A stretch of DNA of 64,000 nt from Candidatus Hydrothermarchaeum profundi (GTDB lineage: Archaea > Hydrothermarchaeota > Hydrothermarchaeia > Hydrothermarchaeales > Hydrothermarchaeaceae). A program made the position numbers and the translations under genes. Shown one piece after another: positions 39,044 to 49,400 of the stretch. The stretch lies in the NCBI GenBank assembly GCA_002011125.2, contig MTMF02000009.1, positions 872,989 through 936,988 of the forward strand. Reading direction: 5' to 3'. Every line of letters starts with the position of its first letter. Within the stretch, counting starts at the first letter, position 1. The notes beneath the pieces were generated by a model, which saw only the letters and a list, made by a program, of their open reading frames with translations, did not search any database and was not told the DNA's origin.

Positions 39044-40320
39044 ACCCCCTCATAATAATCTGCTACCCTCGCTTCGTCAATTCTTCTCCCATCTATAACT
39101 ATCTTACCTCTGTAGAGGTCCTCTTTTTTATATTCATCCCATTCGGTCACTATGAGCACATATCTACATTTCTTTAGGGCGTCCTCTGCCGTAGTATAAA
39201 ATTTCAGCCGTTCATGTTTTCCAAAAATCTTCTTAGCTTCGTTAATGGCCTTGGGATCAGTAGCGTGGACGACAGCGCCCTTAGAAAGCAAGTTATGTAT
39301 CACTTTAATAGAGGGGGCTTCCCTCATATCATCTGTTCCCGGTTTAAATGCGAGTCCTAGGACCGCCACGTCTACGTCCTTTAGCGAGCCTATTTTTCTC
39401 TCTAAAAGCTCTACGAGTCTCAAGGGTTGCGATTCATTCAATTCGAGGGCTGCATTAAGCACAATTGGCCGATAGTATACCTCCTTGGCTTTCCCCACTA
39501 ATGCTTTTACATCTTTTGGAAAGCAGCTTCCTCCGAAACCGATTCCAGCGTTTAAGAATTTCGGAGAAATCCTAGAGTCCATACTTAGACCCTTAGCTAC
39601 TTGGTATACATCTATCCCAAGGGACTTGCATATGTTCCCTATCTCGTTAATGAAACTTATCTTAGTAACCAAGAATGAGTTGGTAGCATATTTTATCATC
39701 TCTGCAGTCTTAGGATTAGTTAACAATATAGGGCAGTGGAAGTCAAGATATAAGTCGAGTAGATAGTAGTTAGACCGCCGGTCTATCCCCCCTATTACTA
39801 TCCTATCAGGGTTCATGAAGTCCTCAATGGCGTTACCCTCCCTCAGGAACTCCGGATTCATTGCTACACCAAAGTCCGGTCCTGCTTTTTTAACTGAGTA
39901 TCTCTCAAGCAGAGGTATTACAGAGTGCTCGGTCGTACCCGGAACTACAGTACTTTTTACTACCACGAGATGATATCCGTTCTTGTTTTTTAGAGCTTTT
40001 CCAATCCCCTTGCTAACCTCTTCGATATATTTTAAGTCAATATAATCTAAAAGACCAGAGGGAGTTCCAACACAGATAAAGGATATATCAGTTTTTCTTA
40101 CAGAATCTGCGAGGTTTTTAGTTGCCCTAAGCCTACCTTCGTTAACGTTTCTCTCTAGAAGCTCTTCTAGTCCCTTCTCGTAAATAGGAGGTATACGTTG
40201 GTTGATTTTTCTAATTCTTTCTTCATCAACATCAACGCATATAACATTGTGCCCGAGGTCTGCGAAACAAGCGCCTGTGACAAGTCCCACATATCCCGTG
40301 CCTACAATAGAAATATTCAA
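39034..40320 (-). CDS. UDP-glucose 6-dehydrogenase (AglM-like)
   Basis: GTGYVGL, KSTV.PGT, NPEFLREG, GFGGSCFPKD and LAFKPGTDD.RE motifs. Confidence 0.93.
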   Translation of the reverse strand: MNISIVGTGYVGLVTGACFADLGHNVICVDVDEERIRKINQRIPPIYEKGLEELLERNVNEGRLRATKNLADSVRKTDISFICVGTPSGLLDYIDLKYIEEVSKGIGKALKNKNGYHLVVVKSTVVPGTTEHSVIPLLERYSVKKAGPDFGVAMNPEFLREGNAIEDFMNPDRIVIGGIDRRSNYYLLDLYLDFHCPILLTNPKTAEMIKYATNSFLVTKISFINEIGNICKSLGIDVYQVAKGLSMDSRISPKFLNAGIGFGGSCFPKDVKALVGKAKEVYYRPIVLNAALELNESQPLRLVELLERKIGSLKDVDVAVLGLAFKPGTDDMREAPSIKVIHNLLSKGAVVHATDPKAINEAKKIFGKHERLKFYTTAEDALKKCRYVLIVTEWDEYKKEDLYRGKIVIDGRRIDEARVADYYEGVCW

Positions 40321-40448
40321 TTCATCACACTCCTCGCATCGAGAGAACCACAGCTCAGCTGTTTATGAGAACAAACATTAATAACTCCGTAGTATCCATT
40401 TTCATCCTCACATTATAACTTCTATAAAGGCAAATAGTAGGGATTGTT

Positions 40449-42011
40449 TTAAATTATTTTCCCCATATAAGGACCTACTCTTTTGTAGCCAAATCTTCTA
40501 TAATACTCCCGAGTACCTATCGCGCTTGTTATCAATATTTTATTGAAGTTCTTTTCCTTAGAGATCTCTTCTGCCTTCTTAAGGAGGAGTTCTCCCCATC
40601 CTTTATGTTGGGATGCTTTCTCTATTCTCTTACCCAAAGGCACAGAGGTTCCCAAAACTCTCAGCTCTCTGACGATGGATGCTCCTCTAACTTCCTCTCT
40701 ATGAGCTTTTTGAGATGGAAATCGCAGTCTTAGGTAGGCTATAAGAGCGTCATTCTCTTCATCTTCTATTGAAATAAAGTTTTCAATCCCCTGAGATGCG
40801 CTATATGTCTCTACCTCCAATTTCACGTCTCCGCTGAACTCTATCCCTTCGCGATAAGAAAGGTGCCCTATATCCCTACACCTTATACATCTACATTTCA
40901 TACCTTCTTCTTTAAGCCGTCTGTATACAAGTTCACCTAGATCTCCTTTCTTCACTCCCGCCTCTATAAGGTATTTTGGGATATCCCTCTGAATGCGCAT
41001 AGTCCTGACCCATCTTGGCATTATCTTTTTAATCTCACAAATCAACGGCAAGGCATCTTTATCTGAATATGGAGTATACTCCCCTCTTTTCCACAGCTCA
41101 TAAAGCTCTGTGCCCTTAACTACGAGGGTAGGGTATATCTTAATAAAGTCTGGCTTAAATCCGTCTTCACTAAAAATTCTACGAAACATCTCTAAGTCAG
41201 TTTTAAAGTCTGAAAAAAGTCCCGGCATCATGTGATAGCCAACCTTTAGCCCGGAGTCTCTAATTATCCTTGTTGCTTCAATTACATCACTAACCCCATG
41301 TCTCCGCTTCACCTTATCGTACACATGGTCGTAGATGGTCTGGACCCCAAGCTCAACCCGGGTGACTCCCCTGTTCAGCATCATGTCTACATGACGTTCC
41401 TTGGCGAAATCAGGCCGTGTCTCGATGGTGATGCCTACATTTCTAACACGTGACCTCTCATTCTCCTCTTCCACGCTCTCCCAATTCTGCGGTCTATCAT
41501 TCTTTTTCTCTTTATAATCGTTCATGGACTCCAGGCATCTTTTTAAGAACCATTCTTGGTAGGCATCTGGCTGAGCCAGAAAGGTACCTCCCATTACTAT
41601 CAGCTCTACCTTATCTATCGAATGTCCAATCTGTTCTAACTGCCGTAGACGATTTTCAACTTGCTTATACGGGTCATAATTTGCCATCTTAGCTCTTAAG
41701 GCAGCAGGCTCTTCTCCTGTATAGCTCTGGGGAGCATTTTCACCTCTAGGGCAGTATATACACTCTCCAGGGCAAGGATAAGGCTTGGCCATTACAGCGA
41801 CCACAGCTATTCCGGAGATGGTTCTAACAGGCTTACGCATTAATAGCGGAAGTAGAATTTGGATATCCGCTTCTTGTGCGTTGGCTAGGATCTCAGAGTT
41901 GCTAGGTATTTTACTTAATCTATATTTCCTAGCGATTTTCATCTTTAATCTCTGTAAATCTTGCTCAGGATTTCTCTTAATCTCTTTTATGATCTCTTTT
42001 ACTGCCTGCAT
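40449..42011 (-). CDS. elp3: tRNA uridine(34) acetyltransferase Elp3
   Basis: KPVRTISG.AVVAVM..P..CP..C.YCP, ETRPD, KIYP.LV, R.QRDIP and QH.G.G..LL motifs (radical SAM plus GNAT). Start moved to ATG 42011. Confidence 0.94.
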   Translation of the reverse strand: MQAVKEIIKEIKRNPEQDLQRLKMKIARKYRLSKIPSNSEILANAQEADIQILLPLLMRKPVRTISGIAVVAVMAKPYPCPGECIYCPRGENAPQSYTGEEPAALRAKMANYDPYKQVENRLRQLEQIGHSIDKVELIVMGGTFLAQPDAYQEWFLKRCLESMNDYKEKKNDRPQNWESVEEENERSRVRNVGITIETRPDFAKERHVDMMLNRGVTRVELGVQTIYDHVYDKVKRRHGVSDVIEATRIIRDSGLKVGYHMMPGLFSDFKTDLEMFRRIFSEDGFKPDFIKIYPTLVVKGTELYELWKRGEYTPYSDKDALPLICEIKKIMPRWVRTMRIQRDIPKYLIEAGVKKGDLGELVYRRLKEEGMKCRCIRCRDIGHLSYREGIEFSGDVKLEVETYSASQGIENFISIEDEENDALIAYLRLRFPSQKAHREEVRGASIVRELRVLGTSVPLGKRIEKASQHKGWGELLLKKAEEISKEKNFNKILITSAIGTREYYRRFGYKRVGPYMGKII

Positions 42012-42061
42012 TAGTTGATGTAGAAAATCTTGACTTCGACAAATTTTTCCCTCCAAAGTAT

Positions 42062-42223
42062 ATGACTAAACTTCAAAGAACAAGTAAGGACCAGTACTTT
42101 TTGATAATACCAAGAGATCTGATTAGGTTAGTCGGATGGAAAGAAGGAGATGAGATAGATATACGCTCCGGCTCGGAGGTTAGTCCAGGGAAAAAGGATC
42201 TGGTCTTAAGAAAAGTCTCATAA
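42062..42223 (+). CDS. AbrB/MazE/SpoVT-family DNA-binding microprotein (53 aa)
   Basis: Not in the ORF track. MTKLQRTSKDQYFLIIPRDLIRLVGWKEGDEIDI... matches the swapped-hairpin pattern (I.IP..l....g...GD.l). Confidence 0.8.
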   Translation: MTKLQRTSKDQYFLIIPRDLIRLVGWKEGDEIDIRSGSEVSPGKKDLVLRKVS

Positions 42224-42315
42224 AAAATTACTCTACGCTGGTCTAAGTAGAAAACTCGAATTAATAAGATTAGCACTAACATAAGATATATATACATAAA
42301 ACTTATAGCAATACT

Positions 42316-42384
42316 TTAGGGTGGTAGGGTCCTTCTTGAAACCCGCTTGAGGGATAGTAGTAAGGAGAGGAGTTGCCACCCTAA
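42316..42384 (+). other. GC-rich imperfect hairpin in the intergenic region before the cytochrome cassette
   Basis: TTAGGGTGGTA (42316-42326) pairs with TGCCACCCTAA (42374-42384), with inner TCCTT/AAGGA and CCC/GGG stems. Confidence 0.4.
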
Positions 42385-42555
42385 TAGGTATGAGGCCGTC
42401 CAATGAAGGAGAGGAGCAATTTATTAGGCATTTGGACAATTTCACCAAGAGCTTTTAAGGAATTCTATTCAAACCTCCTAGAGTATATATGCATATATAG
42501 AATATTTCCCGAATCTATAAGCCCATGTAGGAACTTAGTATACTATGGAGAGCGA

Positions 42556-43476
42556 ATGATAATAAGAAGGGCGGTAGAATTTATAGTATTATCCATATTT
42601 ATTTTATCCTCAGTAAACATAGTTTTCGCTGATGTCTTCATAGAGTCTCAGGGTCCAGGAGGCTACGGCTGGCAGCAGCTTTTCTATAATACTACTTCTC
42701 CATATAACTTTTACAGGCTGACAGCTTCTGCAGATAGACAATACTACGATTATGGTTATAAGAGCATACAGATATATGCTCGCCAAGAAGACTATTGGTC
42801 TCAGGATAGCGGGTGGTGGTATGTTACAAACCCTACTATTAGTTCCATTAAAATATACGATAATGGATCTGGATTGGTATATTCAAAGACCAGCGGATTT
42901 ACTGTGACAAATGCAACGGTTTACATAACTTATAACTGGGGGACAAATATCAGCGGAACAGAGAAGCCTGGTACTTGGACGGTTAATGTTAGTGACGGCA
43001 CACAGACAGCGACTTTTTACATTTTCGTGAGAGGGCAATTGAATGTCACATCCATAACAACCAGCGCTAGTCCTACGGCTAATAGCCCCGTGACAGTATA
43101 TGCTACAATAAAGGATGCAAGAAGCGGCATTGAAGTGACAAGCGGGATTACCCCAGTGCTCTATGTTACAGGTGGTACAGGATACACTTATAGTACAACG
43201 ATGTCCTACAGTGGGGGGTATTGGAACGCACAGTTTACTCCGCCTTCCCCGGGAGACTATAAGATTATAGTTAAGGCCTCTGACGGTCATAATAAGTGGG
43301 TGGATGGGAGGGGAAGTAAGGACATCTCGGTTGGAGGTGCATTCCCTGCTAGCATGATTGGAGGTAACTCGCTACTCAGGTTAGCGATTTTAATTGCTTT
43401 GATTTTAGGATTTGGAGTGAATAATAGCGTAAGAAGGAGGTTTCTCTACCTATTGAAGGAAAGGAGAGGTAAATGA
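42556..43476 (+). CDS. Secreted, C-terminally anchored beta-rich protein with GPGGYGWQQ motif (first gene of the cytochrome cassette)
   Basis: GGAG then ATG 42556; signal peptide ending VFA; Ig-like C-terminal half; terminal TM helix plus RRR/KERRGK tail; paralog at 63636. Confidence 0.85.
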   Translation: MIIRRAVEFIVLSIFILSSVNIVFADVFIESQGPGGYGWQQLFYNTTSPYNFYRLTASADRQYYDYGYKSIQIYARQEDYWSQDSGWWYVTNPTISSIKIYDNGSGLVYSKTSGFTVTNATVYITYNWGTNISGTEKPGTWTVNVSDGTQTATFYIFVRGQLNVTSITTSASPTANSPVTVYATIKDARSGIEVTSGITPVLYVTGGTGYTYSTTMSYSGGYWNAQFTPPSPGDYKIIVKASDGHNKWVDGRGSKDISVGGAFPASMIGGNSLLRLAILIALILGFGVNNSVRRRFLYLLKERRGK

Positions 43477-46400
43477 AGGGCTGCAGTTCAACAAGACTAT
43501 GCATTGCAGTGCTAGTAGGTATCTTGGCATTATTAGTACTCTCGCCTACAGCAACCGCTTCGGTAGCGACTTCAGGAAGGTACAATCTTTCTAGACCCAC
43601 TAATCTTGAGATAGAACCAAATCCTACTCCTAGTTGCTCTCAAGGTAATGGCGTGTCTGCTACATGTCACTTGCTTAATGCGACTTTCCCGGCGAGCAAA
43701 GCAGGAACTGCTAGAGATGGCTCCATAACAAGTACTTGGGATCATAAAACTTGGTTCAATCTCGGCGATGGGGCTACCCGAGGGGATACTTCTATTGCGC
43801 ATCCTGGTGCCGAGCGGGGGCCTGCTTCAATGTTTCCTCTATGGGTACACCAGCAACATGGTTTGGGTAATTGGCCTACGTGGAATCTGAATCCTAATTA
43901 TCCTGTTAACTACACAGTTGACCCTAATTGGATTAATTCGTCATTATATTCTGCAAGTGCAGCCCCTGGCAAAAGAGATCAAGACGTAGGAGACAATATA
44001 GGTAATGACCAGGGGAATAGGAGATTTCCAGCGCAAGCTGAAAATAACGTGGGACCATATTGGGGGAAGAAAATAAAGGGCGATTCCATAATAATGTCTG
44101 GTGAGGACCCAAATCAAATCTTAGCATTAGCTTTCATAGCTTATCCAACTGCTGACAAAGACCGTACTCCAGCAGGCCTACCTTCCTGTACCTACGGGAG
44201 TCAGGGGAATTCTTATGAAAACACAACCGATACCGTTGGATGTCACGGGATCTATGAGCCTTACAAGGCGAAAGCGGACAATTATCGCTCAGACGAGCCA
44301 GCTTGTACGAAGTGTCATACCACGATAACGTCTGGCGCAGTAACCAGCACTAACAGCAAGCATGGATCAGCTACTAATGCCCAGTTCTGTAGGGACTGTC
44401 ATAAGAATGCCTCTCAATCTCCAACAGCGGATAAGCTTGCAGATAATACCGTTACTGGTACAACAGGGTTTATACCCATGGTCAGAGAATGTTGGGAATG
44501 CCACTCAGGTACAAAACTTGGGGCTTCTGGAGTTAATACAACTTTCGCCCACTCTGGTAAAGACTGCCGCTATTGTCATGGTCACGGACATAACATAACA
44601 AGGCAACTTAACTGGAACACAACTTGTGGAAATAACGATGACATTTGCCATGGTAGCGGATCTACAAAGCCTCAGACTACTTTAGTTACCCACAATAAAA
44701 CCGGTAGCTCTACGCCTAGCCCAACTTGCTTTAATTGTCATGGGTCATCCACCGCCCATAATATAACGATACCGGGGTGCAATAAATGTCATAACTCTAC
44801 CTCAACATGGGGCGCAGCTAGAATAAATGGAACAGGTGCAATACCGGCCTGGGATTCTTCGAATGCTATTTATCATGGGGGGGCAGATAAAAAGTGTAGT
44901 GACTGTCATCAAAGCTCTCCCCACTCTAGGCCGGTGAAAAGAGAGTCATGCGGGATTGATAATAGTAGTTGTCATGGTAGCGGTGCAACCAAGGTTATAA
45001 CTCAGACGCATTCTAATCTTAGTTGTACAGATTGCCACAACAATAACACGATAAAGAGCTATTCCGGAAATCTACAAACCATTAACACTAATTTCCACGC
45101 TACTGAGCGTAGCACATCTGGAGCTAATATGACTCCTTTCAATATCTCTTCACCAATTCAAAAATCTGACTGTACTAAGTGTCATGATAATAGCAGCTAT
45201 ATAGACCCAAGCCTAAGTTGTGATAGTTGTCATACAGATACATCTCAAGGCAAGTTCACTGTCCACAGCAGCGACATGGAGGTGGCTTCTAGAGAACAGG
45301 GCAAGTTGGGTGATGGGAGACATGATGCAGGGGGACCTAATTGTACGCAGTGTCATTGGACGGGCAGCAATGAGAATAGGCCAGATGTTAACATCACAGT
45401 CTTTAACCAGTCTATACATCGATGGATAAACAACGCTAGCGAGCCAGGAATAGATGAGAACGAATCCATCAATAGGGCTTGTAGAGGATGTCACGTTACA
45501 AATGGAGAAGCAAGTCATCACAACAGGTATACTTACTGTTGGGATTGCCACAATGGTACTGCAATGTATAGTAATGTCAGTAATGCCCCAGCTGTGAGAG
45601 AGCACTATAATAACGCTTCAGAACTTAATATCTCCCTATTAAGCGGTGATATAAATTCTTCATGTGTAACATGCCATAATAAAACGGAAATGCTTCTCGA
45701 CTTCTGGGAAAATGCTACGACCACTAAAGGTAGGAATACCTCCTTTTATAATGTCTCGCATTATGGAAAGAAGAGGACCGACTTGAGGTATATCGAGAAC
45801 GGTAAAAATGTCACTTACTGTATATATTGCCATCAGAACTCCAGTACTGCATTTTCAGATGTCATGCAGAATACAGAGCATATCTCTATGTCTAATCACT
45901 CACCAAGGATGGGGGCTCCAACATGTTCTAATGAAACCTGCCATAATCAAGGTAGAATCCACGATGTCTCTCTAACCAAGCCTCAATTTAATGCCACCCT
46001 ATGTAGAACCTGCCATACAGACAGATATAATCATAGTGGCTCTAAACCAACTGGAGGTGTTAATTGTACTGAATGCCACACCAACACCTCTAAGGGAGGA
46101 TGGGATATTCACGGTATTAATGGCACCTATCTTCAGAACACAGGTAATACATATGGTCCTAATACTACCGCTGTTAACTGCTCCACCTGTCATCAGACCG
46201 ATACTCCTCCATCATTAATTAATACGCCACCGAGGATTCCTTCACCTTTGAATCACTCTAATAATGAGTCTGCTGGGCAGCTTTGGGGTGACTACTGGAA
46301 TGATACAGACTCTGTATTGAGTAATGACTCGTGCTATTATTGTCATGGAGATACCAAGCATAATGCCACTGGACTTGGAAATGTTTCCATAATCACAGGC

Positions 46401-49400
46401 ACAGTTAATGGGAGCATAAACTCTACCTCGCAGTGGTGTCGTTCTTGCCATTATAATGATAGCACCTCTATTTATAAAGGAAATAACTTCTCGCCACGTC
46501 CTCCTGAGATAACAAACGACACAGGCGAATTCTACAATAAGGCCCCATCCAAATATTATAATCACTCATTCACAGACACTTATAATGATACTAAATGCGA
46601 TGACTGTCATGCGCCATCTCCTACGCCTACAAATATTACTGCCTTCATGCATAATGTGCAGATCGGGGTGGCAGGAGGACGGAATTGCACAAACTGTCAT
46701 GATATAGGAGGCTCAGCTCCCAAACACATTAATGTATCCGCTTTCAACAGGAGCATCCATGCCAATCTAAACAACAATACTGATCCGGGTTCAGGGATTC
46801 CCAATGTAACTACCGCATGTTGGGCGTGCCATGGAGACGGCACAGATCCTGGAAACAGTCATCCAAGCAACTATAAGAATCCATATACCTGCTCTGATTG
46901 CCATGTACAAGGAGGAGCAAATTATGGGAAGTATCCGAACGCTAAGAACGTATCAGAGCATTATAATAATGGAGCAGATGTCAACGTTTCTAAGTTAACA
47001 GGAGATGTAGACTCCTCCTGTGCCTATTGCCATTATGGGAAGTCAGAGATGCTTCTATCAGCCAGCGAAATAAATGATCCAGATACCGTATCATGGTCCA
47101 TTTACTCAGGCTATAATGGTGGCAATAATAGTGCATCACATTATGGAAAGAAAAGATTCGTGAGCGGAGACGGGCTTTATACGGCGGGCGGATACACTAA
47201 CTGCTCATATTGTCATCAAAATACTGCGACCAACTTCGCAGACGCTATGGAAAACCTCAATAATATTAACCTTTATAACCACACCAATAGGACGGGGGGA
47301 CCATATTGCACGAACTCTACTTGTCATGGTTCCGGTAGGATACATGATGCTATCCTAACAAAACCCTACCTCAACTCTACTCATCAGTCTGGCGGCATGT
47401 ATAATAGTACTCTCTGTATCAGCTGTCACGCTAACAGAAGAGTGCATGCGGATGCTGGAGATATAAATGCTAATACGCTGGAGTGTGCATCTTGTCATGC
47501 TAATCCCACCGCCTACTCTGCGTCAGGCGGTGGAGCAGGGTATTTCAGTATTTCATATGATAGGGTGGTCATGAGAGATACTGATGGTTCGTATAGTGGT
47601 AACGGCTCGCCCTCAGAAGCTATGGTCGGTGACCCTGCAAGTGCCAAAATATCATCTAATATTGAGCCAACTGTTAAAACAGGAGGTTTATTAGATAAAA
47701 TAGGTAAATGGTTCTCTTCGGGCATCAACTCAGCTAAAGCTCTATTAGATAACATTGAGAAAGAGCTATTCAAACCATCAATAGAAATAGTAAACCCTGA
47801 ATCAAGACCTCGATTAGGTGGCGAGTGGGAGGTCTATTTCAAGACTAAGGGTTCAGGGGTGCTAGAAATACGAGATCATTCTTTCCCAGAGGAAGTGGGC
47901 TTCATAGCCCTGCTCTATAAGAAAATAGGAGATCAATGGATACCCGTGCCAATTGAAATATCTGGCGACCTTATTAGAGCCCAATGGAATCACGGTGAAG
48001 GTAAAGCCATCTTCAAGCCCCTCACCACAGGCAAGCACACGGTTGAGTTAAAATTTGGGAATTACGCCTATGCATATAACTATGTAGAACCTGAAGTAAA
48101 CTTTGATAGGCGCTTAGAAGGCCTGAAGACAGGGCAGCATAAAGTGCCACCTACTACTGAAATAGAAATTACAATAACAGCGACAGTTTCCAGCACGGTA
48201 GAAAATGCAATTCTTAGAGACTATGTGCCAAAAGACTTCACTATTATAAAGACTTATGGAGGCACGATAAAGGAGTATAATTCTGAGTACAATGTCATAG
48301 AATGGGAGGTTGGCACGGTAAATAAAAGCATTTCTAAGAAATATACTGTATACTCTCCTGAGAGAACTATACCTCCAACTAAGTACTATTTCTACTCTGA
48401 GCTGAGTCACGACGGGGGGAGCAGGACTAGTGATAAGTGGAGAGTAACTGTGGCTGATCCTAACACTTTGATTATAAGACCAAATGCAGATGGAACGTTA
48501 AACGACTGGAGTATAGGAGGCACTTCACCACCAGCAAACAGGTGGGAGGCCGTAGATGAAACAACACAAAATGATGACACCGACTATGTCTATGCGACAT
48601 CTCAGAATCTTGATCAGTTCTTCAATCTTCAGGATCACACTACAGAAACCGGAACTATAGACAATGTAACCGTGTATATTTACGCCAAACAAACGACTGG
48701 TAATGAGTACCTCCAGGTATGTATATGGGATAATACATACTGTCAGAATACTCCTACAATATCCACTTCTTATACTCTCTATAGCTATAGTTGGACGACT
48801 GATCCTTCAGATAGCCTAGCATGGACTTGGAGTGATATAGATGCTCTAGAAGCAGGGGTGAGGAGTAAAAATTCTGGAGGCTGGGGTGGAGAAATAAGGG
48901 TTACTCAACTCTATGTGGAGATATCATATACTCCTGCTGCCGCAGACAATCCACCCACATGGAGAAACCAGATGCAAAATGTTTCAACTATAAATGTCAG
49001 TGGCGCGGTTAATCTCTCGGCCCAAGGAAATGATGATAATGGCTTGTGGCAAGCTTATCTCGAAACAAATGAATCAGGAGGAACATGGGCTAACATAACC
49101 GATGGCACCTATGGTTCTCCGATTACTCTTAATAATGTAACAAGCTGGACTTGGACTAACTTTACATGGAGCAATTCTTCAATAGGACCCGGTACGAGTA
49201 TTGGCTGGAGGATATGGTATAAGGATAATGCTACTACGCCGCAGTGGAATGTCACAGATATTATGACTTTTGATGTTGTTGATGAGGTTCCGCCAGTGAT
49301 AACGTCCAAGTCTATAAACGAGAGCGGATCAGTAACTGTTGACACCTATGTGTGCATTAACACCACGGTTACAGATAACTGGCAATTAGATAAGGTCTGG

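Noticed and set aside
40325-40405. Tiny minus-strand hydrophobic ORF with an internal TGA before the UDP-glucose dehydrogenase gene
   Set aside because: Too short, no recognisable motif and no recoding signal.
42338-42354. GAAA-CCC-loop-GGG-A resembling an archaeal SECIS apex
   Set aside because: It has an extra A relative to the GAA/A motif, the adjoining helix is imperfect, and no neighbouring gene has an in-frame TGA.
42484-42499. Perfect 16-bp palindrome TATATATGCATATATA as an operator
   Set aside because: Low-complexity TA repeat, and no counterpart seen upstream of the 63636 paralog.
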